From assembly GCA_037447605.1 (NCBI GenBank), contig CM074813.1:1550001-1614000 (forward strand): a stretch of DNA of 64,000 nucleotides, read 5' to 3'. The notes beneath the pieces were generated by a model. That model was not told the DNA's origin. It did not search any database and was given only the letters and a program-made list of their open reading frames with translations. Source of the DNA: Zygnema circumcarinatum SAG 698-1b (Eukaryota > Plantae > Zygnematophyceae). Each line of letters opens with the position of its first letter. The first letter of the stretch is position 1. A program made the translations under genes and the position numbers. This document shows, piece after piece, positions 28,193 through 37,873 of the stretch.

Positions 28193-30326
28193 TTATTGAC
28201 TTCATTCTTTTAAAAGTATACCTTCCTCCCCAAACATCTTCAGCCTCTTGTAAGGCGCAGATCCAGTTACCATGACATGGCAAATGTTTTGGATAATGTT
28301 TGCCATCTTGCTCATCCCCTCTTTGCTAGCTTATCCGTTCAACCCCGCTTGAAGCGCAAGTGTCTCCCCTGCTGTCTTCCCTCTGCAAACCTAACAGTCC
28401 GGCCACCATGCCGAGCCTCTCTCACCACGCGTTGGCTTATAAGTTTGCTTACGGATCCAGTTGTTGTGTGATCCAAAGGAAGCACCCCGAGTACAAAAGT
28501 TGGAGGACAGCATGTTTATGTGCTGGCTGGCCCGTGCGCTGCTTGCTTGTGTTAGGACAAAATGGCCGTGTGGTGTTTTAGTCATCCCTGAATGAAGCAG
28601 TGAGTTGTTTCTTGTTTCATTCGTGGAGGGAGAGGGAGAGGGAGGGGGGTGGGGGATGGCAAAAGGGAGGACGAACGAGACAGATAGAGAGCGAGCGAGA
28701 AGTTTTGGTTTTGAGGTTTGGATCCACTTTTACTGTTGTGCCGCTAAGGGTTAACTCGCCATCCCTTTCATAACCAGTCCAAATCATTTTGGCTTCTGAA
28801 CCAAGTGGGGACCAGACCGATTGTGGGTCCCACGACACAAAGAGTGCAATATCGGCAAATGTTTGTTTCCTTGGGCACACAACGCAGCATGTAGGGGTTT
28901 CAAAGTCATACAGGATTTCATAAATTGCTTCCATACAGTTTGAATGAGTAATTTGCAAATTGTTTCATCAAAAGAATTTCTCCATATAGGAAAGGCTCCA
29001 CAGAATTTCTGCTCGACTCTCTGCAGATTGTTTGCAGATCAAACACTGCATTATACGACCTGAACAACTTTGATGCTGCAGGTTTAGCCCGCCAGCAATC
29101 TTGCCAAACTCTTCGGTTCTCTGAGACAGATTCAACTGTTTGCATGACAATTACTGAGAGCTTCTGACGCACGTCGTTTCTTCGATAGTTTAATGCCTGT
29201 TAAGGACAGTACAGTTTAAAAATGATTATGTACGAGATCGGAAGACAAACGCACTACTAAGCAGACTACCTTGATAAGGGTAAGCGTCATGTATGCTGTC
29301 TAGTCAAAGCTGCTCCCCCTTGAGGCCATCCCTTATGCGTTCACTCACAGCAAGAAAACCGTGTGAGGAGTAACCGTGTGAGTACACGAACTCCAACACC
29401 TATCAACAGTGGAAAGGCCAGGTCAAAAATCCAAATCTCTTCCGCGGTTTCATCAGCCATGTCCTCAAATGACCCCTCCTTTTAGAGACGTCAACCCTAA
29501 AATAAATATGTCCAAGGGAAGGGCTTCGCGCCTGTTTACTTCGTTTGGTGCTGCAAGCTTGGGCTTGTTTCCATACCCATGAGCCAAGAATACTTTACCC
29601 AGCAGGTTTGGAATTGTTGTTGCTGTTGCTGCAGCAGTCATAGGATCCCTACTGCGAGCAAGTGCACAGAGAGTCGATGAGGCTCGTAATCCAAGAGGGC
29701 ACGGACTCGATTCGTCTTCTTCACCAATTCCGAAGCATTTTCCATAACTCTCGTCAATTGCAACATCAAATAATAGTCTCACGACATTCGGCTTTCCAAG
29801 TGCTGCACGATCCACAACATGCACAGGTTTGATCATTCTAAAGCAAAACAGGTTACGTCAGACAATGTCGGCAGTTCCTCAGTCTTGCGAGCACGAAGGG
29901 CCACGTAATTCAGAACAACAATCTCCCGAGGAGCTGTTGCGCCATTCCTACTTTTAGAAGTTAGTATTTCGCGCCTTGCGAAAAAGATTAAAAAGTTGCT
30001 AAATCAGAAATTAAAAAAACCTAAAAAAAAAGGCCTTCGAATGGCTGCCCAAAAACTTACGCCTTCTCTCATGAACGGGTTCCTCCCGTGTCAGTGATCA
30101 GGCAAATGGTTGCAACACTGTTTATCAGCGTACAACTAGTTTTATAGCATAGACTCGAACGATCACGACAAAAGGAAAGGCAAACGGGAGAGACTGATTG
30201 CGGAATAAATAGCGAATCTGCTTGAAACTAAAGTAGAAGCAGAAATATGCAGGGCATTCAGACACACAGGCACATTACTGACTCGTGCAGATTTCATACG
30301 TTTCAGGACAAGTAGAGCATCAAAGT

Positions 30327-31526
30327 TCAAATGGAGATCAGGCGAGCCAGCTTACCTGCAAGCCATTTTTCATTCTTTGCCAACCCACTCATCACATATA
30401 TCGCAGGTTCCCTCAGGGTGTCTTCACACTCCATGACAGCTCCCATGAATGCTGCAATTCGGTCCAGACAAATGTCCGCCTCCCGACCCTCAGGAAAACT
30501 ACAAATATTACCAGCAACAGTCAAAAAGCTACCCCTTTCCTCCTTTGGTGCTGCAACTGCACCATCCACGAGCGCTCCCAGTCCACCCACTCCCGCCACA
30601 CGAATGATTTCTTTTTTGTTCAACGTACTTCTTCCATCTCCTTCTGTTTTGATAGTTATCTTCAAGAGCATCAGAGCGGCCCATTTTGATAACCAGAGCA
30701 TTGAATCGCCAAGCAGCCTGACCAATGAGGCCAACTGGACGTGGTTGACGACACTTATCGTATGCTTGCTCTCGAGTAAAGCAACAAGAGCAGGCCTGCC
30801 TTCCTGTGTAAGGAAAGCCGAATAAAGACCTTCTTTCGACTCTAGGCAGAGTAAGGCTAGCTTCAGGAGGACTCGTGTCGCCTCCTGAGCAACATCGGGG
30901 TCATTCGCTTTGTGCATCATATCCATGAAGAGGGTCACATAATCAGCCGCCAGTATGGTCGGCAGCTGCTCCGGCATCATGTTGAGCACGAAAAGGCACA
31001 ATGAGCGCGCATAAGCTGTCTCAGCCCGTGCTATGTTCGGCCTCATTGTCCGCAGCTTGACAGCAACGTCCGCCAAGGCGACCTCTAGCACCTCCTTCGC
31101 TGCAGGAAGCCGATTCTCCACTGCCAGGAGTCGTAAGCCATTTGCCGCATTTTCCTGTTCTAGTGGTGACCCTGTGTGCAGCTTCTCCACCAAATGCAGC
31201 ACCACAAGCTCCTCCCACAAGATTTGAAACCCCGGCCTCTTTCCTGGAGGCGTTGCGAATCCTACCATGGAAGCCTTAAAGGTTGGCAACAGCGGAGGCG
31301 GTTTCTCACAGTCTAGCACAGGTTCTAGCGCAGCAATCTCCCGTCCAGCTAGACCCGCTTCCTGCTCCTTCAACTTTCTGCAATCCTGCTCCTTCAATAT
31401 CAGACTCAAAACATATGCAATATTCGTAGAGGTCATTTGAACGGCTTTTTTTATCCACTCCGGCCGCTTGTAAGCAATTATTGCAACCAACAATACACAG
31501 GACATCTCCTGCCGGCCGCTCTCCAC
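30327..31526 (-). CDS. ARM/HEAT-like alpha-helical protein; large exon with uncertain start and end
   Basis: 399-codon ORF with ARM-like Leu/Ala amphipathic segments (LVEKLHTGSPLEQENAANGLRLLA; VAQEATRVLLKLA). A likely donor GCAG|GTAAGC lies near 30352. The real start may be the ATG at 31436. Confidence 0.5.
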   Translation of the reverse strand: MESGRQEMSCVLLVAIIAYKRPEWIKKAVQMTSTNIAYVLSLILKEQDCRKLKEQEAGLAGREIAALEPVLDCEKPPPLLPTFKASMVGFATPPGKRPGFQILWEELVVLHLVEKLHTGSPLEQENAANGLRLLAVENRLPAAKEVLEVALADVAVKLRTMRPNIARAETAYARSLCLFVLNMMPEQLPTILAADYVTLFMDMMHKANDPDVAQEATRVLLKLALLCLESKEGLYSAFLTQEGRPALVALLESKHTISVVNHVQLASLVRLLGDSMLWLSKWAALMLLKITIKTEGDGRSTLNKKEIIRVAGVGGLGALVDGAVAAPKEERGSFLTVAGNICSFPEGREADICLDRIAAFMGAVMECEDTLREPAIYVMSGLAKNEKWLAGKLARLISI

Positions 31527-31703
31527 CGCCCTTCCCGGCCATGATCCACCGCCTGCCTCCCCTTATCGGCGGTGCAACCAGCGGCTGCGGCGGCCCCTCT
31601 TCCCAGTAAAGGCGACGCATGCACGTCTCCACCATGGTTGCCTGCCTGCCTGCGCGCCAGCAGGAGACGTCCCCACGTTCTGCAAAGAGGGAGGGAGGGA
31701 GTA

Positions 31704-31855
31704 CACCTCCACCTCAGCCGGCGACAAGGGGATCTCTGCGACGCAACCACCGTCCATGATTGGCTGTGCGACTGCCGCTCGCGTCGTAAGCCAATGACAG
31801 ATGAGGACTTCGGGCGGCGAAATTTGAAAGTTTCGGTAGAGCCGGGAGCGGACGT
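31704..31855 (+). repeat. Dispersed repeat module, copy 1 (copy 2 at 53538-53714)
   Basis: Shared blocks: CACCTCC.CCTCAGCCGGCG.CAAGGGGA, GCGACGCAACC.CCGTCCATGATTGGCTGTGCGA, GACTTCGGGCGGCGAAATTTGAAAG, TAGAGCCG.GAGCGGACGT. Confidence 0.85.
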
Positions 31856-32346
31856 TAAGTGTGAGCGAATGTGAGATCATGATATCACGTATATGTCTGT
31901 CCCCTCCTAATCCCACCGCTATTCGTATGTCTGCTATGGCCTTGCAGTGTCGGGAAGCAGATTGTGAACATTCCTTCATTCCTGGTCCGCCTCGACAGCC
32001 AGAAGCACATTGACTTCTCGACCTTATCACCCTTCGGAGGAGGCGCTCTGGGACAGAACATGAAATCTGCCGCAAAGAAGGCTTCCGGCGGAGATGAAGA
32101 TGGGGAGGTCGACGAGTAGAGGGAGCGGTAGCCATGGGAAAGATATGAAGGGCTCGCTATGCGGCAAAGGCAAGGAGTAGGAGGTCAAGGACGCAGGAAG
32201 CCGCCTCTATGTGTCTCTCTCTGCCATCCAAGCGGACGTTTTCTATGCAATGGATTACAACGGTTTGTGCAGCAGCAAACAGCAGGAAAATTCTCTGAGA
32301 GGAAAGAGCATCAGGAGCCAGAGTTGAAGAGCACGCGTCTGCATGT

Positions 32347-32539
32347 GATGGTGGAGTGGCTTTTTGCGGAATTATTACTGTAAGCCGTAAAACAAAGTCA
32401 CAAAAAAGATGCAGATGGTGGAGTGGCTTTTCGCGGAAGTACTACTGTAAGCCGTAAAACAAAGTCCAAAAAAGATGCAGATGGTGGAGTGGCTTTTCGC
32501 GGAATTACTACTGTAGGCCGTAAAACTAAGTCACAAAAA
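32347..32539 (+). repeat. Tandem repeat of about 67 bp, about 3 copies, just downstream of the HIT4 stop
   Basis: GATGGTGGAGTGGCTTTT starts at 32347, 32414 and 32480. Confidence 0.88.
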
Positions 32540-32625
32540 ATGAAAACTCAAGTTAGAATGCTGATTCCTCTCGAGAGACTCCTTTGTACAAGTTCTGTTG
32601 TTGTTGTTGTTTTGCCCCAAGAACA

Positions 32626-35600
32626 TTAAACTTCAGGTGGCACGCGCGGAAAAACTTCATGTGCATTCCGAAAGTACCTGTTAATATACTTCGACTGCAT
32701 CGTAAAAAAAAAATTGTAAGTTAAAGGAAAAAAAAAAAAAAAAAAACGGCCCTTAAGTAAAGAAACAAAATGCAAGTTAATCACCTACTACCAAGGCATC
32801 AGGATAAAAACGCTTTTACCTTCATTATAGGTTTTGCTGTGTTCTGAGGATAAAATTTGTACACTTTCATGGCTTGCAGAGACTCGCGCTCTGCCTCCGA
32901 CATGGCTTGAATTTCTCGCCTTGCCTGTGCTCGAGCCTGCCATGATGCAACCCTTTGTTATTCAAGATTTCCTTAGAGCCAAAAAGCATGCAAGCATCTA
33001 ATTGATGACTCTAGCAACTCCAAAAGTAGACAAAAAAAACCCTAAAAAAACCTTAAAAAAAAACCCGAAAACCCCGAAAGCCCCTAAAACCCTACAACAG
33101 TTTTTATGTCTCAACTCACCTCCCTGATCCTGGCCTTTTCCGCATTCGCTTTCGCTTCGCAGTATGCCTGACCCATAAATTCAAAGCAATGCCAATATCA
33201 CACATCCAATCAGGAAATTAAATGTGCCCAAAGATTCTAAAACACATAAACCAGAAACAATGACAGTGAGGAGTGTCAGTTGCTCCCTCGACAACGGCTG
33301 ATCGATAGTTCCTGCCTTCCGTCTCCACTGCCAATCCTATCACAGGTTGGTGACTTACCCAAAAATCCTCAGATTCTGAGTCGGGCAGTTCAGTTTCAAC
33401 AGAAATCTTGGCCAAAAAATCCTGCAAGTAGAATGAAACCACCCCAACCATAAACAGTTGACTTAGGATCACATTGAAAGCAGCATTTTCGTTTGGAGAT
33501 CAAGGCGTCACGAAGTGAAGGCCACGTACATCCTTCTCGTCAAATTCCCAATCATAGTCTGTGACAATCTGCCCACCCAGCTCTCCACACCCCAAATCAT
33601 ACAATCAGATATAAGACACTCCCCTTAGTTGGTACATGCTGAGCATAGAAACACTGGTGGCCCTGAAAGCTTCTAATGCAAAGGACGCACCGGTGCCTTT
33701 CCCTCGTCATATTCGTACAGAATCTGGAGTACAGTGTCTGCTCTTGGGAGATTCCCTTCCTCCTTTGGGTTGAAAACATCTGTGAAAGAACACCCAATAG
33801 TTTAGGCAGCAACCAAAAGAACAGGAATCAAGTCAGGAAAGCGCACAAGAACCTACAAGACAGTTGAATAGGAAGGAATAACACTCACATGGAAGCAAAA
33901 ATTTAAATTTGCGAACATCCTCCTCTTTCATCCTTTTCAACGCTTGCCTGCATAATGCACTTGGAAGTATCTGTTAGCAACTCACTCGACAATACATGAT
34001 TTAGGCGTGAAGCTGGAAAAAAACGGAGAAGCATCAAGACAAAAGCAACAACAGTTTCCGTATTACCTCCGTTGCTTGCACTTCAAAACATGAATTTTGA
34101 CTTCAGACCGCTCTACAGCTTTTCTCCTGCACAGCAAACCAAACAACGAAAGGCAAAAAATAGAATTGAGAAACTCAGCAATGTTCAATCACATGAGCAT
34201 ACAACTGAACATGTAAAAATTAACTATATCGCAAGTATTATTACTCGTTCAAATACGGAATCCAGTCGAATTTCATCTGGTCCATGTCGATTTTCTCTTC
34301 CATGGCCAATTGAATCGACGCAGCCGTCAGCTTCTTGAACGGAGCCACTGGAGAAACCACCTGCCATCCATAACACAAGTCGTTATCAGATAAGTCCATG
34401 ACCTCTACCACATTTACAATAGCAATTGTGAACAAAGGAAACAGAGCCCTACGGGCTGAGGGATGAGGTTTAGCAAGATAAAGGCCAGCAACTTACAGCG
34501 AATATCACCGGGATCAAATAAGCTTCATTCGTCACTTTGCAATGATGACCTGCATGTGACATACAGTTCAACAGTTCACTTATCCATAAATTTCAATGCA
34601 GACTTTTCAATGCGGAGAAACAAAAACAGAGCATGGTAATTTGTTACTGCTTAAAGTGGATGGACCTACAAGTGTAAACGAACTTACATTCAGTAATCCC
34701 AAATAGCCAACAGGTCCTCCCGTGGAGAACTGCGCCAGGCGCGAATGCTTCCTGCAAATTTTAACAAAACAGTATATTCAACGGTTCCACTACTACGTAT
34801 CATCGCTGAAATGTATAAAGGAAAATGTAAAGGGTCGAACATTTACCTCCAAGGAGGAAAAATCCCAGTTCTTGTCACGGACATTATCGTATTGATCCCA
34901 CTGTAAAAGAGCAAGAAGTGATAACTATTAGACTTTTGCCAAAGAAAAAAACAATCCAACTGGCTGCTTAAAACAACAAAACCGAAAACAAAAATCTCAC
35001 CTCAGTCCCAATCAAGAATATTTCCTTCCAAAGGTTTTCCTGCAAAAGTGAAGGGAAATATGTCAGGCATTTCTCCAACCTTCAATGACGATGAATCAGC
35101 AACAATAAGTGCTTCACACGGAGTCAACGGCGTTCAAGAACTTCACAGAATCTGAAAACAAAAAAATGGAGACTGAAGAACATTTTGAACCAATCAACCT
35201 CAACCCCAATCCTAACCCTAACCCTAACCCTAACCCTTAACCTTCAACCCTAACCCTAACCTCAACCCCAACCCTAACCCTAACCCTAACCCTTAACCTT
35301 CAACCCTAACCCTAACCTCAACCCCAACCCTAACCCTAACCCTAACCCTTAACCTTCAACCCTAACCCTAACCTCAACCCCAACCCTAACCCTAACCCTA
35401 ACCCCTAACCTTCAACCCTAACCCTAACCTCAACCCCAACCCTAACCCTAACCCTAACCCTTAACCTTCAACCCTGACCCTAACCTCAACCCCAACCCTA
35501 ACCCTAAGCTTAACCCTTAACCTTCAACCCTAACCCTAACCTCAACCCCAACCCTAACCCTAACCCTAACCCTAACCTTAACCCTAACCCTTAACCTTCA

Positions 35601-36310
35601 ACCCCAACCCTAACCCTAACCTCAACCCCAACCCTAACCCTAAGCCTAACCCTTAACCTTCAACCCTAACCCTAACCTCAACCCCAACCCTAACCCTAAG
35701 CCTAACCCTTAACCTTCAACCCTAACCCTAACCTCAACCCCAACCCTAACCCTAACCCCAACCCCAACCCTAATCCTAACCTCAACCCCAATCCTAACCC
35801 TAACCCTAACCCTAACCCTTAACCTTCAACCCTAACCCTAACCTCAACCCCAACCCTAACCCTAACCCTAACCCTTAACCTTCAACCCTAACCCTAACCT
35901 CAACCCCAACCCTAACCCTAACCTCAACCCCAACCCTAACCCTAAGCCTAACCCTTAACCTTCAACCCTAACCCTATCCTCAACCCCAACCCTAACCCTA
36001 ACCCTAACCCTTATCCTTCAACCCTAACCCTAACCTAAACCCAAACCCTAACCCTAACCCTAACCCTAACCCTAAACCTAACCCCAACCTTAACCTCAAC
36101 CCCGACCCTAACCCTACCCTACCCCTAACCCTAACCCTTATCCTTCAACCCTAACCCTAACCTAAACCCAAACCCTCACCCTAACCCTAACCCTAACCCT
36201 AATCCTAACCCTAACCCTTCAACCCTAAACTCTAACCCTAGACCCTAGCTCCCAAAACCCTAAGCCCTAATCCCACCTTTCCAACGTGAGGAAAACGCAA
36301 TACTCACCAT
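32626..36310 (-). CDS. HIT4: HEAT-INTOLERANT 4 (HIT4)-like protein; 14 coding exons, the first contributing only the ATG (36310-36308)
   Basis: Hand-spliced short exons give M|ENLWKEIFLIGTE|WDQYDNVRDKNWDFSSLE|EAFAPGAVLHGRTCWLFGITE|..|VVSPVAPFKKL..MKFDWIPY|..CKQRR|QALKRMKEEDVRKFKFLLPY|..DYDWEFDE|..MKVYKFYPQ..|SKYINRYFRNAHEVF. This is colinear with the conserved HIT4 domain as I recall it (GTEWDQ, WDF, DWEFDE, YKFYP, INRYY). All sites are GT-AG with matching phases. Confidence 0.82.
35197..36270 (-). repeat. Interstitial telomere-like array, (TTAGGG)n type with a 56-bp higher-order unit, inside HIT4 intron 1 (35040-36307)
   Basis: About 1.07 kb of CCCTAA/CCTCAA/CCCCAA/CCCTTAA/CCTTCAA on +. The CCTTCAA landmark falls at 35241, 35297, 35353, 35409, 35465 and 35521. 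Confidence 0.95.
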
Positions 36311-36605
36311 ATTGCTGTGAAACAATCAATTCCCTTCCCTGCTACAAGCTCCGCCTCTCTCCCTCCCTCCCTCCCTCCAAGCCTTCCCTTCCCTTCCCTT
36401 GCCCCCTGCAAACTTTGACCCTTTGACCCTAAAAACAAAAACCCACTTTGACCCTAAAACTAAAACTTTGCAGAGCTCCCCTTGTACACCTGCAGGTTTC
36501 CGTTCAAGAATCCACCTCTGCCACGTCGGCATTTTGTTCCACGTGGCACGAACGGCGTGGCGTGTACGGCGGCACGAGCTCCCTCCTGCCACCTTACAGG
36601 AAACC

Positions 36606-37863
36606 TGTAGCGTAACGGAGCTGCGTTCGACGGATCCGCGCCCGTTCAGTTGTACTTGACATGTTCATATTCAGTGTCACGGACCGGCCTGATCCAGGAA
36701 TTGCCGACGGAAAATGCGAGACGGCGGCGCCATTTGTTGGCGGCCCACGGGACAGCACACCATCCAGCTAGGCGCACTCGGAAGCGCCGCAAGATGCCGC
36801 NNNNNNNNNNCGGCCTGAATCATAATCCGCGGCTGCGTTGCGGACCATGGACCTGCACCTTCTGCCAGATCACGGGACATGATGCCCGCGTGTGCATGCG
36901 GAGACTCTCAAGTGAGAAGGCCCGAAAGGGGAAAGAGGCAGCTGCAGGGAGCTCACCTGCAGAGATCACCTTCATGGACATGCTCCCGGCTACTCACACA
37001 CCACCAAGAACTCCGGCTCCCTTTCGCCCGCCTCCACCTCCTTCACCCGCTTATACCATCCTGCAACGTCCGCCTATCCATCTGCACCCCATGGACTCTC
37101 CTTCCCTGACAAACGCATTGGGTGCCGAGCCTGATCCTGCTGCCCGCTCACGCACTGCCCAGATTGCCGCAGCCTTACAACCGGCTTGGTCCGAATCCCC
37201 CATCACTTCTGAAGAAGGCGCCCAAGCCCGGATCGCCGAGATTGCAACTGCCTTGCGCAGGCTCCCTGTCAACCAAAGCGATCCTCATTCTCATCCCCTG
37301 CCNNNNNNNNNNAGTCCTTTTGGCAGATCCCCCTGCGACAGGCCGACCGCTGCAAGACAGGGCTTCGCACAGCCACGCGCTTCGTGCAGTGGACGGTGCT
37401 TCCCTTTGGGCTCAAGAATTCCAGCCAGACTCACCAGCGCCTGGCCAACCAGGTGTTCGGCCCCTGTCGTGCCTTCTGCGAACCTTACGTGGATGATGCT
37501 TCCCTCCACAGCAAAGACTGGTCCTCCCACCTGCAACACATTGACCAAGTGCTTCAACAGCTCATTAGTGCGCGTTTGAAGATTGCACCCAAGAAGTGCA
37601 AATGGGGCCATCAGGAGATCACTCATCTCGGGCACCGCCTTGGCATCAATGGCCTGAAACCATCACTCGACAAGATTGAAGCGATTGCCCTTATGCCGAT
37701 TCCATAGACCCTCACTCAGCTCAAGTCTTTCTTGGGGCTCACCTCATTCTATCGCCGGTTCATCAAGGGCTATGCCCTTATCGCACGTCCCCTACATGCC
37801 TTGGAGAAGCAAGGAGTCCAATACGAATGGAGCCGAGCGCCAGGATTTGGCCTTCCACGCGCT
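36606..37863 (+). mobile_element. Three gap-separated plus-strand Gypsy fragments: LTR 5' end (36606-36800), gag (36811-37302), RT (37313-37863)
   Basis: The LTR piece is an exact reverse complement of 50383-50535. The gag piece is near-identical to the reverse complement of ~48720-49141. The RT piece reads WTVLPFGLKNS..EPYVDDASLHSKDW and has an in-frame TAG at 37705-37707. Confidence 0.85.
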
Positions 37864-37873
37864 NNNNNNNNNN

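Noticed and set aside
29465-29836. 123-codon minus-strand ORF (MIKPVHVV..)
   Set aside because: No recognisable motif, and I could not join it in phase to the ARM exon. It may be a real exon but is unsupported.
35072-35151. Possible extra HIT4 exon after TTTTCAG at 35152
   Set aside because: All three frames hit stops. ATG spliced directly to 35039 gives a clean conserved frame.
35197-36270. True chromosome end or CRISPR-like array
   Set aside because: Unique gene sequence flanks both sides, there are no unique spacers, and the DNA is eukaryotic.
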